Assembly: GCA_900550295.1 (NCBI GenBank)
Contig: URRM01000001.1
Coordinates: 3,817 to 67,816, forward strand
Source: an uncultured bacterium
GTDB lineage: Bacteria; Cyanobacteriota; Vampirovibrionia; Gastranaerophilales; Gastranaerophilaceae
Direction: 5' to 3'
Length of the DNA stretch: 64,000 nucleotides
Position numbers and translations under genes: made by a program. The notes beneath the pieces were generated by a model. It made no database searches. It saw only the letters and a program-made list of their open reading frames with translations, and was not told the origin of the DNA. Numbering within the stretch: the stretch's first letter is position 1; the number at the start of each line of letters is the position of its first letter. Shown piece after piece: positions 30,350 to 40,728 of the stretch.

Positions 30350-31675
30350 ATGAGAAAAAAAGTTTTTATCGACACAATGGGTTGTCAAATGAACAAATCA
30401 GACACTGAAAGAATGCTTGGTATGTTGTCATGCTTAGGTTATGATGAAACCAAGGAGCCTAAAGATGCTGATTTATTAATGATAAATACATGTTCTATCC
30501 GTCAATTAAGCGAAGACAAAGCATTTAGCGAACTTGGCACTTGGGGCAAATGGAAACGTGAAGGCAAAGATATAAAAATTGCGCTTTGTGGCTGTGTTGC
30601 ACAACAAAAACAAAAGGAAGTCTTCCACCGTGCACCATACGTAGATTTAGTGATTGGAACACACAACGTTTACCAGTTACCGGATTTAATTAAACGTATT
30701 GAAAACGGCGAAACTCACGTTTGTGAATGCCCTGAAACACCTTATGGTGAAAGCGATATTGAAATCAAACGTGTAAAAAGCGTTAATGCTTGGATTCCAA
30801 TCACTGAAGGTTGCAACAATTTCTGCACATACTGTATTGTTCCATACACTCGTGGCAGAGAACGTTCTAGAGCTTCCGAAACAATTATTAAAGAAGCAAA
30901 AGATGCATTAGCACAAGGTTTTAAAGAAATCACATTATTAGGCCAAAATGTTGACAGTTATGGTAAAGATTTCAAAAACAGGGAATATAGACTCGCTGAT
31001 TTACTAACAGAATTGAACGCTCTTGAAGGCGATTTTTGGATTAGATTTGTAACATCATACCCAACGGATATTACTGATAATTTAATTGAAACAGCAGTAA
31101 AATTAGACAAAGTTTGTGAATATTTCCACATTCCAATGCAATCCGGTTCAACAGAAGTTCTAAAGAAAATGAACAGACGCTATGATAGAGAAACATATGC
31201 CCAAATTGCTAAAAAAGTTCGTGATATGGTTCCTGATGTAACAATTACAAGCGATTTTATTGCAGGCTTCCCAGGAGAAACAGAAGAACAATTCCAAGAA
31301 ACGTTAACTGCAATGGAAGAATTGAATTTAGATTACTCAAACACAGCAGCATACTCACCTCGTGAAAAAACAGTTGCTGCAAAATGGGTTGATAAATTTA
31401 TTCCGGAAGATGTTAAAACAGAAAGATTAAAAAGATTGAACGACAAAAATAAAGAATGTTGTCTAAAATCAAATCAAAAATATGTTGGTAGAGAACTTGA
31501 CGTTTTAATTGAAAATTTTGAAAACCACAAAGGTAAAAACGTTATCACAGGTAGAACTCGTAACAATAAAATTGTTCATATTCCTTATGATAAAGACCTT
31601 ACTGGAGAATTTGTAAAAGTTAAAATTACAGGTGCAAAAACTTGGTATATTAACGGAGAATTAATTAGCAAATAA
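30350..31675 (+). CDS. miaB: tRNA-2-methylthio-N6-dimethylallyladenosine synthase MiaB
   Basis: MTTase N-domain CQMN, radical-SAM CNNFCTYC, C-terminal TRAM. 441 aa. Confidence 0.9.
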   Translation: MRKKVFIDTMGCQMNKSDTERMLGMLSCLGYDETKEPKDADLLMINTCSIRQLSEDKAFSELGTWGKWKREGKDIKIALCGCVAQQKQKEVFHRAPYVDLVIGTHNVYQLPDLIKRIENGETHVCECPETPYGESDIEIKRVKSVNAWIPITEGCNNFCTYCIVPYTRGRERSRASETIIKEAKDALAQGFKEITLLGQNVDSYGKDFKNREYRLADLLTELNALEGDFWIRFVTSYPTDITDNLIETAVKLDKVCEYFHIPMQSGSTEVLKKMNRRYDRETYAQIAKKVRDMVPDVTITSDFIAGFPGETEEQFQETLTAMEELNLDYSNTAAYSPREKTVAAKWVDKFIPEDVKTERLKRLNDKNKECCLKSNQKYVGRELDVLIENFENHKGKNVITGRTRNNKIVHIPYDKDLTGEFVKVKITGAKTWYINGELISK

Positions 31676-31730
31676 ATTATTGCATTATAATTAAAAATAT
31701 GATACGATAAACTCGTTAACAGAGGTAAAA

Positions 31731-31811
31731 ATGATTAAGCAGAAAAAAGCTAAAATAATCATCAAGCCAAGTTTGAAAAATCAAACTAAATTTGTTGACA
31801 ACCGAAAATAA
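31731..31811 (+). CDS. Candidate 26-aa basic micro-ORF / leader peptide (MIKQKKAKIIIKPSLKNQTKFVDNRK)
   Basis: Strong RBS AGAGGT 6 nt before the ATG. Followed 7 nt later by an intrinsic terminator. Not in the ORF track because it is under 60 aa. Confidence 0.35.
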   Translation: MIKQKKAKIIIKPSLKNQTKFVDNRK

Positions 31812-31817
31812 AGTGTA

Positions 31818-31846
31818 AAAAGAACCCTCAATTGGGTTCTTTTTAG
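31818..31846 (+). terminator. Rho-independent terminator (GAACCC-TCAATT-GGGTTC + T5)
   Basis: Read directly. Sits between the micro-ORF and the downstream promoter. Confidence 0.7.
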
Positions 31847-31895
31847 TTCTCTGACAATTTAATAAACAAACATTGTAAACAAATCTTAAAACTAC

Positions 31896-31924
31896 TTGCA
31901 ACCTTACTACAAAAGTAGTAATAT
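31896..31924 (+). promoter_or_regulatory. Candidate promoter TTGCAA-17-TAATAT with a perfect inverted repeat TTACTAC-AAAA-GTAGTAA in the spacer (putative operator)
   Basis: Hexamers and a 7-bp-arm palindrome at 31905-31922, read directly. Lies upstream of the 31962 small gene and hom-thrC. Confidence 0.35.
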
Positions 31925-31961
31925 AATGAAGTAAAGTTTTTTGGTAGAGGTACACAAGGAT

Positions 31962-32189
31962 ATGACAGAAAATTATTGCGAAGCGCTTGGGTATAGCGCA
32001 AACAAATACCACGTAGAAATGGAAAATGTTGGTAACATAGTCGCTACAACTCTTTACAAGGATGGTAAAATTGTTTTGTATGAAGAAACTACAAAAGAGA
32101 TAAAACACCTTGCAGATTATGGTGACTTTGAAGTTACTAAGGTTTTAAAAAGAATACATTTTGATGAAAACGGACAAATAAGAAGATAG
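31962..32189 (+). CDS. Small hypothetical protein (about 75 aa)
   Basis: ORF with ATG at 31962. The track uses TTG at 31941. No recognisable motif. Start uncertain. Confidence 0.4.
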   Translation: MTENYCEALGYSANKYHVEMENVGNIVATTLYKDGKIVLYEETTKEIKHLADYGDFEVTKVLKRIHFDENGQIRR

Positions 32190-32301
32190 AGCAAAGATTT
32201 TTGGTATAAAATTTTTGCTCTATTCTTTTTTGAGGTTATTTATTTGCACTTATGTAGTAAATATTGTACAATAGGCTTATTATAAAAGAAGGATTTGTAT
32301 T

Positions 32302-33579
32302 ATGAGTAAAATTAAAATAGGTCTTATAGGCTTAGGTACAGTAGGTGGCGGTGTTTTCAAAGTTTTGAAAGACTTTCCTGATGTTGAAATCACAAAAATT
32401 GCCGTAAAAAACATCGACAAACCTCGTAATATTGAAGGTTTAAACCGTGCAATGCTTACTACAGATCCTTATGAAATTGTAAACAATCCTGAAAGTACAG
32501 TAGTAGCTGAACTTATTGGGGGAGTACATCCTGCTTATGAATTGATAAAAAAGGCTATTGAAAACGGTAAACATGTTGTTACCGCAAACAAAGAACTTTT
32601 AGCAAAACATGGTGAAGAGTTATTCAACTACGCAGAGCAACACAATGTTGTAATCCTTTATGAAGCTGCCATTGCCGGTGGTATTCCGTTAATTATGCCT
32701 ATAAAAACAATCCTTGCAGGTAATAAAATCACTAAAATCGAAGCCATTTTAAATGGCACAACCAACTACATATTAACAAATATGGACGTTAACCAATCTT
32801 CTTATGAAACAGTTCTAAAAGAAGCGCAAGAATTGGGCTATGCCGAAGCTGATCCGACAGGTGATGTTGAAGGTTTTGATTCTACATATAAACTTACAAC
32901 CCTTGCGACAATTACATTTAACAAACGTGTAAAATTAGAAAATGTTTACAGAGAAGGTATCACAAAAATAAAAGCAGAAGACATCAAATATGCAAATGAA
33001 TTGGGTTATAAAATAAAACTTGTTGCTTACGCACATATTGATGAAAATGACAATGCAGACGTAAGAGTTCATCCTATGTTTGTAAGCAAAGAAGAAACAT
33101 TAGCTCACATCAACTATGTTAAAAATGCCGTAACTCTAACAGGTTCACCTGTTGGTAAAATAACTCTTTCCGGAGCAGGAGCCGGTGAAATGCCAACTGC
33201 AAGTTCGGTTGTTGGTGATATTTTGGCAATTGAAAGAGAGTATGGTACAACAGATTATATTTTACCAATGATGCGTTGCAAACATGCTCATAGCACTGTT
33301 GCAAAGATGGTTCCTATTGAGGAAACTGAAAATAAATATTACTTACGTTTAATTGCAAACGACAAAATTGGCGGAATTGCAGATATAACAGAACATTTTG
33401 CAGAGAAAAAAATCAGTATTGAATCAATCTTAATGAAAGAAGTAAAAGAAAACAATACTGCAGAAATTGTTATTGTTACCGATAAATGCAAAGAGAAATT
33501 GATAACAGAATTAAAAGATGACTTTGCAAAACACAGTTGCGTAAAAGAATTAGCAAGCATGATTAGAATTAACGGTTAG
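32302..33579 (+). CDS. hom: Homoserine dehydrogenase
   Basis: NAD-binding [13 protein letters not shown], catalytic domain, C-terminal ACT domain. 425 aa. Confidence 0.9.
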   Translation: MSKIKIGLIGLGTVGGGVFKVLKDFPDVEITKIAVKNIDKPRNIEGLNRAMLTTDPYEIVNNPESTVVAELIGGVHPAYELIKKAIENGKHVVTANKELLAKHGEELFNYAEQHNVVILYEAAIAGGIPLIMPIKTILAGNKITKIEAILNGTTNYILTNMDVNQSSYETVLKEAQELGYAEADPTGDVEGFDSTYKLTTLATITFNKRVKLENVYREGITKIKAEDIKYANELGYKIKLVAYAHIDENDNADVRVHPMFVSKEETLAHINYVKNAVTLTGSPVGKITLSGAGAGEMPTASSVVGDILAIEREYGTTDYILPMMRCKHAHSTVAKMVPIEETENKYYLRLIANDKIGGIADITEHFAEKKISIESILMKEVKENNTAEIVIVTDKCKEKLITELKDDFAKHSCVKELASMIRING

Positions 33580-33590
33580 AAAGGCAAAAA

Positions 33591-34646
33591 ATGACTTATT
33601 ATAAAGGTTTGATTAACAAATATAGAGAATATTTACCGGTAGATGAATTTACACCAATTGTAACTTTAAACGAAGGTAATACTCCATTAATTAAAGCAGA
33701 TAATTTAGCAAGAAAGTTAGAATTAGATGCTGAGATTTATTTAAAATTTGAAGGTTCAAACCCAACAGGCAGCTTTAAAGACCGTGGAATGACAATGGCT
33801 GTAACTAAGGCGAAAGAAGCGGGTTCAAACGCTATTATATGCGCATCAACAGGTAATACAAGCGCTTCTGCAGCAGCTTATGGAGCAAGAGCCGGTTTAA
33901 AAACATATGTATTAATTCCTGATGGTTACATTGCCCTTGGTAAACTATCTCAAGCAATGATGTATGGTGCTGAAATTATTGCAATACAAGGTAATTTCGA
34001 CCAAGCATTAGAAGTTGTAAGAAAAATTTCTGAAGAATATCCTATCACTTTGGTAAATTCGGTAAATCCTTACAGAATCGAAGGTCAAAAAACTGGTGCA
34101 TTTGAAATTTGTGATGCATTAGGTCAAGCTCCGGATTACCACTTTATTCCGGTTGGTAATGCAGGAAACATTACTGCATATTGGAAAGGCTACAAAGAAT
34201 ATAACGAAAAAGGTAAAATTAATAATTTACCTAAGATGATGGGCTTTGAAGCAGAAGGTGCTGCAGCAATTGTTCGTGGAGAAAGAATTATGAACCCTGA
34301 AACTATTGCAACAGCAATTAGAATCGGCAATCCGGCAAGTTGGGAAAAAGCAGAAGCCGCAAGAGATGAAAGCAAAGGTACAATTTCATCAGTAAACGAC
34401 GATGAAATTATGACAGCTTACAAATTAATTGCAAATTGCGAAGGTGTTTTGGCAGAACCGGCTAGTGCCGCATCAGTTGCAGGTCTAATCAAATGCAGAC
34501 ACACAATTAAAACAGGTGCGAAATGTGTTTGTATTTTAACAGGAAACGGTTTAAAAGATCCTGATAACGCCATTAAATATTCTGGTGCAGAAGTTAAAAA
34601 GACATCAGCTGATATCAAAGATATTTTAAACGTTATGTCATTCTAA
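33591..34646 (+). CDS. thrC: Threonine synthase
   Basis: PLP-lysine motif GSFKDRGMT. 351 aa. Follows hom. Confidence 0.9.
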   Translation: MTYYKGLINKYREYLPVDEFTPIVTLNEGNTPLIKADNLARKLELDAEIYLKFEGSNPTGSFKDRGMTMAVTKAKEAGSNAIICASTGNTSASAAAYGARAGLKTYVLIPDGYIALGKLSQAMMYGAEIIAIQGNFDQALEVVRKISEEYPITLVNSVNPYRIEGQKTGAFEICDALGQAPDYHFIPVGNAGNITAYWKGYKEYNEKGKINNLPKMMGFEAEGAAAIVRGERIMNPETIATAIRIGNPASWEKAEAARDESKGTISSVNDDEIMTAYKLIANCEGVLAEPASAASVAGLIKCRHTIKTGAKCVCILTGNGLKDPDNAIKYSGAEVKKTSADIKDILNVMSF

Positions 34647-35695
34647 TTTCGTTTTAGCGTAATTAAAACATCCGGTTCATACATTTCAACAGATTGAATT
34701 GTATAGTTTTTTGATGCGCTAATTTCCTCAATATTTCGTCCTGAATATGCACTTTTTGCAGAATTATCACCAACAATTTTTGGAGCGACAAATTGGTAAA
34801 TTTTATCAACAAAATTTTGTTCAATCAAATAACCATTTAACGTTCCTCCCGCTTCAACAAAAACAGAACGCAAGCCTAAATCATACAAATTTTCGAACAA
34901 TTCGCCTAAATTCAATTTATTATTTTCTTCCGAAATATTTATATATTCAATATTTTTCGATGCATTTGATAAATCTGTTTTGCTCGTCACGACATAAATT
35001 TTACCGGTTTTAAAATATTGCATAGAAGTGTCACATTTTAATTCTCTATCAAGCAAAATTTTTGTTTTACAATCAAATTTTGGATTGTCTATTAAAACAG
35101 TTGAAGATGTTGTTAAAACACAATCATATGCTTTTCTTAGCTCCATAACTTTTTCACGAGCTAAAGTAGATGTTATCCATTTTGAACTACCTGTTTTTGT
35201 TGCAATTTTTCCATCTAAGGTTGTTGCTGATTTCAAAGCTACAAAAATTTTTTGTTCTAACATATTTTTTATAAAAATTTCATTTAGAACTTTTGCTTCT
35301 TTTTCTAAAACACCTTCTACAACCTCAACACCTGCATTTTGAAGTTTTTTAACACCATTACCTGCAACAATAGGATTAACATCACGCATTGCAATAACAA
35401 CCTTTTTAAGCCCTCTTTCTATTATTAAATCAGCACAAGGTGGAGTTTTTCCATAATGCGAACAAGGTTCTAAATTTACAATCAAAGTTCCGCCAACGGC
35501 ATCTTTTTCACCCAACTTGAGTAAAGCATCACGTTCTGCATGATTTTCGCCATACTTTTTGTGATAACCTGTTGAAATTTCATTACCTTCTTTATCTAAA
35601 ACCACACAACCAACCAATGGATTTGGAGAAACCTTTCCTGCTCCAAGTTTGGCTAGTTCTAAACATTTTTGCATATATTTTTCGTAACGTTGCAT
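34643..35695 (-). CDS. ribD: Bifunctional riboflavin biosynthesis protein RibD (deaminase/reductase)
   Basis: Deaminase zinc motifs HAERDAL and [12 protein letters not shown], plus a C-terminal RibD_C reductase domain. Overlaps the thrC stop convergently by 4 nt. Confidence 0.85.
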   Translation of the reverse strand: MQRYEKYMQKCLELAKLGAGKVSPNPLVGCVVLDKEGNEISTGYHKKYGENHAERDALLKLGEKDAVGGTLIVNLEPCSHYGKTPPCADLIIERGLKKVVIAMRDVNPIVAGNGVKKLQNAGVEVVEGVLEKEAKVLNEIFIKNMLEQKIFVALKSATTLDGKIATKTGSSKWITSTLAREKVMELRKAYDCVLTTSSTVLIDNPKFDCKTKILLDRELKCDTSMQYFKTGKIYVVTSKTDLSNASKNIEYINISEENNKLNLGELFENLYDLGLRSVFVEAGGTLNGYLIEQNFVDKIYQFVAPKIVGDNSAKSAYSGRNIEEISASKNYTIQSVEMYEPDVLITLKRN

Positions 35696-35745
35696 ATTTG
35701 TATTTTACAATAAATTATGTTAAATTTAAACAAAAGGAGAATTTT

Positions 35746-36420
35746 ATGGCTTTTGATTTGAAATATTTAGGACACAGTGCGTTTGAAATTAAATTTTTTG
35801 ATAAATCAATTTTAATTGATCCTTTTTTAGGAGCAAATCCTGATTATGATTACAGGGTAGAAAATGTTTCAGATATCTTTTTAACACACGGGCATGCCGA
35901 CCACATCGGTAATGCTATTGATATTGCTAAATATAGTCAATCAACAATAACTGCCGTATTTGAACTTGCCAACTACTGTTCTCAAAAAGGAGTTCGCACT
36001 AATGGTGTAAACTTTGGAGGATGGCTAGATTACGATTGGGGTAGAGCCATTTTTGTCCCTGCTTTTCACTCTAGTTCTAACTTAGAAGGTCAATACATGG
36101 GTGAACCTGCCGGAATTGTATTTGAAATTTCCGGAGTAAGAATTTATCATGCCGGCGATACTTGCTTATTTAGCGACATGAAATTAATAAAAGAATTATA
36201 CAATCCTGACGTTGTAATGCTTCCTGTCGGAGGAACTTTCACAATGGATATTGAACATGCTGCAATTGCTGTAGATTGGTTAAGACCAAGAGTTTTAATT
36301 CCAATGCATTACAATACCTTCAGTTCTATTTACACAGATATTGAACATTTTGAAATAATGCTTCAATCAAAAGGTATAAATTATCAAACAATGCAAATAA
36401 ATGAAGTTCTTAACTTCTAA
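35746..36420 (+). CDS. Metal-dependent hydrolase, UPF0173/MBL-fold family
   Basis: MAFDLKYLGHSAFEI...HGHADH metallo-beta-lactamase motif. RBS AAAAGGAGA before the ATG at 35746. The ORF track started earlier, at 35572. Confidence 0.75.
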   Translation: MAFDLKYLGHSAFEIKFFDKSILIDPFLGANPDYDYRVENVSDIFLTHGHADHIGNAIDIAKYSQSTITAVFELANYCSQKGVRTNGVNFGGWLDYDWGRAIFVPAFHSSSNLEGQYMGEPAGIVFEISGVRIYHAGDTCLFSDMKLIKELYNPDVVMLPVGGTFTMDIEHAAIAVDWLRPRVLIPMHYNTFSSIYTDIEHFEIMLQSKGINYQTMQINEVLNF

Positions 36421-37405
36421 CTTTAAAAACTCCACCGGTTTCTGCAAACAACACAACTTCACTTGTTTGTGATTCTTGTTTGATTAACTTATAGAAATCT
36501 TTTACCAAAATCATTTGTGTTTGAACGCAATTGAACTTGTTATTTTGCAAATATTCATCTAAATCTTTTGAATTTGAAACATATTTCTTTTGTTTCACAA
36601 ATAAAGAATATTGTCTTGAACGTTTTGTAATTTCTTGCTTTGCAAAACCTATTACATTGTCATAATTTAATGTAAAACCTGTTGAAGAAGTTATATCTAA
36701 TACATAGTTATGTCCGTCGTAAGTTTTTATTGAAAAATATGCCAAAAGGGTATGTAAGTTTTCATCTTCCAAAACATATTGCCATTCAACATTATCTGCC
36801 AAACCTTTAAAAAATCTTGAATAATATTCATTTTTCGTTTTTAACATTGAAGGTTTAAAGTGTGTAATTAGTGAATCATTAAACAACATCGCTACAGCTT
36901 GTGCATCAGAATTTTTAAATTGTCTAAAGCCGTGAATATCATTTGAAATAAAACCGCTATTATCAACTCTATAAAGTTCTTCATCCGCACATTTTCTAAA
37001 TCCGCAACCATCAATAAAAAGTTTTAATAATTCATCATGTGATTCATCAATTGAAGCAACAAAAGATTGAGCTCCCTTTGCACCATAACGAGCTATAACA
37101 AACTCTATAAGTTGCTTACCAACATCATAATAATCCTTTTTAAATAAAAGTTTTGTTATGTTAATTCTTTGATGATTACCAATTTTCGGCAAAACTGAAA
37201 TCATACCATGTAACTCATTACCATCAACCAAAACATAAGATTCTGATTTGAATTTCAAATTTAAAGGCAACCAATAATGAAACAAATCACACGAAGTGTT
37301 TAAAAGTCTTTTTACGAACTTTTCTGCCTCGTCATTTCCTAAAAAAGAAATCATTTCTTTAACTTTATCTCTGTCAAACGGTGATAATTTTCTTATGATT
37401 GTCAT
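36410..37405 (-). CDS. Hypothetical protein (possible GNAT-like fold, unassigned)
   Basis: 331-aa ORF with no recognisable catalytic motif. Overlaps the upstream gene end by 11 nt. Confidence 0.4.
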   Translation of the reverse strand: MTIIRKLSPFDRDKVKEMISFLGNDEAEKFVKRLLNTSCDLFHYWLPLNLKFKSESYVLVDGNELHGMISVLPKIGNHQRINITKLLFKKDYYDVGKQLIEFVIARYGAKGAQSFVASIDESHDELLKLFIDGCGFRKCADEELYRVDNSGFISNDIHGFRQFKNSDAQAVAMLFNDSLITHFKPSMLKTKNEYYSRFFKGLADNVEWQYVLEDENLHTLLAYFSIKTYDGHNYVLDITSSTGFTLNYDNVIGFAKQEITKRSRQYSLFVKQKKYVSNSKDLDEYLQNNKFNCVQTQMILVKDFYKLIKQESQTSEVVLFAETGGVFKVRS

Positions 37406-37460
37406 AACTAAATTATATCTATTTTTAATTCATTAATCAAGTTTATGCTAAAATTTGATT

Positions 37461-38474
37461 ATGAAAACAGCTATCTATAATCAAGGAAAAATTGAATTAA
37501 TTAACACAGAAAAGCCCTCTCTAAGTGGCAAACATGGTGCCATTTTAAAGATTTTTGGATGTGGACTTTGTGGTTCTGACATCGTTAAATATAAAGAAAA
37601 TTTAGTAAAAGATGGAACAGTTTTAGGGCACGAAATTGTTGGCGAAATAGTTGAAATTAACTCTAACACGGATTTCAAAGTTGGAGATAAAATTGTTTCT
37701 TCACACCATATACCTTGTTTTCATTGTACTTATTGTGAAAATGAAAATTACTCAATGTGCCAACATTTTAAACAAACAAATATCTTCCCTGGAGGCTTTG
37801 CAGAATATGTTTATCTTTCAGAAGAACATCTTCAAAATGTTGCACACGTCATTCCTGAAGATTTAACAAATCAAGAAATTGCATTTTACGAACCTTTAGG
37901 CTGTTGTGTCCGTGCAATTAAGCGCTGTAACTTAAAAAAAGGCGCCAAAGTTCTTGTTATCGGACTTGGTTCAATCGGCTATATTATGGCTCAAGGTTTA
38001 AAAGCATTCGGAATGGATGTTTACGGATGTGACCTAATTGATGAAAGAATTGAACTTGCAAACAAAGTCGGAATAAAATCATTCAATTCAAAAGACACCG
38101 AAAAATCAGTTGAATTCATAAAATCAAACACTGATAATTTAGGTGCTGATGCAATATTTATGACATCCGGAGCTGATGCTACAATTGATTTGGCACTAAA
38201 AACAGTTAGAAATGGCGGAAAAATTTTGATTTTTGCAAGCACACCAAAAAACTTTGGCTACGCAAACAATGAAATTTACTATAGAGAAATAACTGTTATG
38301 GGAAGCTATTCCCCTTCACCAAAAGATTTAGAAGATTCTTATAATCTATTAAAAAACGGTGAAGTAAATGTTCATGGTATTTCAACAATCTATGAAATAG
38401 GTGACATTCAAAAAGCATTTGACGATACAATTTCAAACGAAGTTTATAAAGCATATATAAAGGTTAGCGAATAG
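37461..38474 (+). CDS. Zinc-dependent alcohol dehydrogenase (MDR family, sorbitol/threonine dehydrogenase-like)
   Basis: GCGLCGSD..GHE zinc site, structural-zinc Cys cluster CFHCTYC..C, Rossmann VIGLGSIG. Confidence 0.8.
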   Translation: MKTAIYNQGKIELINTEKPSLSGKHGAILKIFGCGLCGSDIVKYKENLVKDGTVLGHEIVGEIVEINSNTDFKVGDKIVSSHHIPCFHCTYCENENYSMCQHFKQTNIFPGGFAEYVYLSEEHLQNVAHVIPEDLTNQEIAFYEPLGCCVRAIKRCNLKKGAKVLVIGLGSIGYIMAQGLKAFGMDVYGCDLIDERIELANKVGIKSFNSKDTEKSVEFIKSNTDNLGADAIFMTSGADATIDLALKTVRNGGKILIFASTPKNFGYANNEIYYREITVMGSYSPSPKDLEDSYNLLKNGEVNVHGISTIYEIGDIQKAFDDTISNEVYKAYIKVSE

Positions 38475-38476
38475 AT

Positions 38477-39508
38477 ATGAAAGCAATTAGATTTTATGCA
38501 CCACAAGATATCAGATATGAAGAAGTACCCATTACACCACCAAAAGCAGGCGAAGTTGTCATTAAAATAAAAGCTGCTTTAACTTGTGGCACTGATGTAA
38601 AAACCTTCCGTAGGGGGCATCCCGTTTTGATAAAAAAAATTCCATCAGGGTTTGGACATGAATTTTCCGGTATAATTGATGAACTTGGAGAAGGTGTGAC
38701 TAACTTTAAAGTTGGAGATAGAGTTGCTGTTGCAAATTCTGCACCTTGCGGAGAATGTTTTTTCTGTAAGCGAGAACAATTTAATTTATGCGAAAACCTG
38801 AATTTATTAAATGGTGCTTATGCTGAATACATAACAGTTCCAGAGAGAATTGTTAGTAAAAATATGTACGTAATTCCTGACAATTTGAGTTTTGAAAAAG
38901 CCGCATTTTGTGAACCTTTAGCCAATGTTGTACACGGCGTTGCAAGGACAGAAATAAAAGCAGGACAAAGTGTGGGAATTATCGGCATTGGACCTATCGG
39001 GTTAATGTTTGCACGAGTTGCAAAACTTAAAGGTGCAAGAATAATCGTTGCAGGTAGAAACGAAACAAAATTAAGACTTGCAGACGAATTTGCTCATGCT
39101 GATGAAATTATTGATTTAAAAAAATATCCTAATCCTGAAAAAATATTTAAAGGTTTTTCAGACGAAAATAAAGGTTTGGATGTTGCAGTTGAATGCGTAG
39201 GATTACCTGAGATTTGGGAACAAGTTTTCGGGCTTGTTAGAAAAGGTGGCACCGTTCATTTCTTTGGTGGTTGCAAAAGTGGTTCAACAGTCACTTTTGA
39301 CACAACAAAAATGCATTATGGTGACATAAAAATAATGAGTGTCTTCCACCATACCCCTAAATATTTTAAAGAAGCTCTGGATTTAATTGCCTCTGGAGAT
39401 ATTGAAGTTGAAAAATTAATTACCGAAAAATTGGGACTAAAAGATGTCGAATATGCAATGAAACAGCACATCGACGGAAAAGCTATTAAATTTTTAATAA
39501 AACCTTAG
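38477..39508 (+). CDS. Zinc-dependent alcohol dehydrogenase (MDR family), paralogue
   Basis: CGTD..GHEFSG, Cys cluster CGECFFCKREQFNLC, Rossmann IIGIGPIG. Sits in tandem with the previous gene. Confidence 0.8.
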   Translation: MKAIRFYAPQDIRYEEVPITPPKAGEVVIKIKAALTCGTDVKTFRRGHPVLIKKIPSGFGHEFSGIIDELGEGVTNFKVGDRVAVANSAPCGECFFCKREQFNLCENLNLLNGAYAEYITVPERIVSKNMYVIPDNLSFEKAAFCEPLANVVHGVARTEIKAGQSVGIIGIGPIGLMFARVAKLKGARIIVAGRNETKLRLADEFAHADEIIDLKKYPNPEKIFKGFSDENKGLDVAVECVGLPEIWEQVFGLVRKGGTVHFFGGCKSGSTVTFDTTKMHYGDIKIMSVFHHTPKYFKEALDLIASGDIEVEKLITEKLGLKDVEYAMKQHIDGKAIKFLIKP

Positions 39509-39762
39509 TGTGATTTTACAATCTTTTTAAAAAATTTACCAAAAATTCCGTTTGGTTGTAAAAAGTCTAAAGTAATTTCAATGTCTTTAGCTTCTTGCCA
39601 TAGGTGTTTAATAGCATTTGAAGTTTTTTTAGCTTCAAACAGGTCAGCAGCTAACATTTTTTCTTTAAAACCATTTGATAACATGTGAATAATTCCAATT
39701 CTTGTGAACTCTCTGAAATTATCACAACATGGAAAACAATTAAATCCTCTATATTACGTATA

Positions 39763-40728
39763 TTATAATGCCAAATCGTGTAAATCTACAAAATATTTTA
39801 TGTATTTAGAAGTAAACAATCTGTTTATACGTCCATATAACTTCAATTTGCTCATTTTTAACAATTTTCCGTCACCACATAAAATTGTTAAAGAATTTTC
39901 TTGAAAGTTTTTATCCAAAATTGTTCCTGCTGTCGTAAATTCAGTGTTATTATCCAAAATTTCTAATTCGTAAGGATTTGGAGTAAAAAATCTGTTTTTA
40001 TAAGAAAAATAAGTCTTTGACCATGGATAAAAACCACGAATTTGAGCCGAAATTTCTTCTGCCGATTTACTAAAATCTAACATTATATCATCACGTGTAA
40101 TTTGAGGATAATAAGTTGCTCTTTCCTCGTTTTGAACTACAGGAATAATAAAATCGTCAGCAAGCATATTCAACAACTCTGTAACGGCTGAACGTGCTGT
40201 TAAAACTGTTCTTTCTTTAAGTTCTTTGCCTGTATCATCAGGTTTTATTTCAATTTGTTTTTGCAACAAAATTGCACCTGCATCATACTCTTCACTCATC
40301 AAATGAAAAGTAATACCCGACATTTTTTCTTGATGTCTAATTGTTTCCAGATAAGGATTAGGTCCTCTATACTTTGGCAACAATGATGGGTGAACATTAA
40401 TCATTGCAATTTTTGGCAATTGAATAGATTCTTTTTTTAGTTTTTCTCCCCAAGTACCAATTAACACTATATCTGGATTTAATTTTAAAATTTCTTTTCT
40501 AAACTGTTCTGAATTAGCACTTTTTGACTTTAATTCAGGCACATTATAGCTCTTAATATAACTGTATTCAGTTGAAGGAAGAACAAAGTCTTTTATTTTT
40601 GTATAAATATCAAGTTTTTTGAGTTTTTCATGACGCATAACACCAACAATTTTGCAGTTTGCATCCTGTACGCCTGCAATTAAATTGCCTAACATCTCAC
40701 CATGACCTAATATAACTACTCTAAACAT
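39763..40728 (-). CDS. Formyltransferase-family protein (Fmt-like N and C domains, atypical N-terminus)
   Basis: Catalytic motif NVHPSLLPKYRG (Fmt NVHGSLLPRWRG). C-terminal domain ISAQIRGFYPW (Fmt IRAFNPWP). Lacks the canonical N-terminal PDRPxGRG segment. Overlaps ribF by 13 nt. Confidence 0.6.
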   Translation of the reverse strand: MFRVVILGHGEMLGNLIAGVQDANCKIVGVMRHEKLKKLDIYTKIKDFVLPSTEYSYIKSYNVPELKSKSANSEQFRKEILKLNPDIVLIGTWGEKLKKESIQLPKIAMINVHPSLLPKYRGPNPYLETIRHQEKMSGITFHLMSEEYDAGAILLQKQIEIKPDDTGKELKERTVLTARSAVTELLNMLADDFIIPVVQNEERATYYPQITRDDIMLDFSKSAEEISAQIRGFYPWSKTYFSYKNRFFTPNPYELEILDNNTEFTTAGTILDKNFQENSLTILCGDGKLLKMSKLKLYGRINRLFTSKYIKYFVDLHDLAL

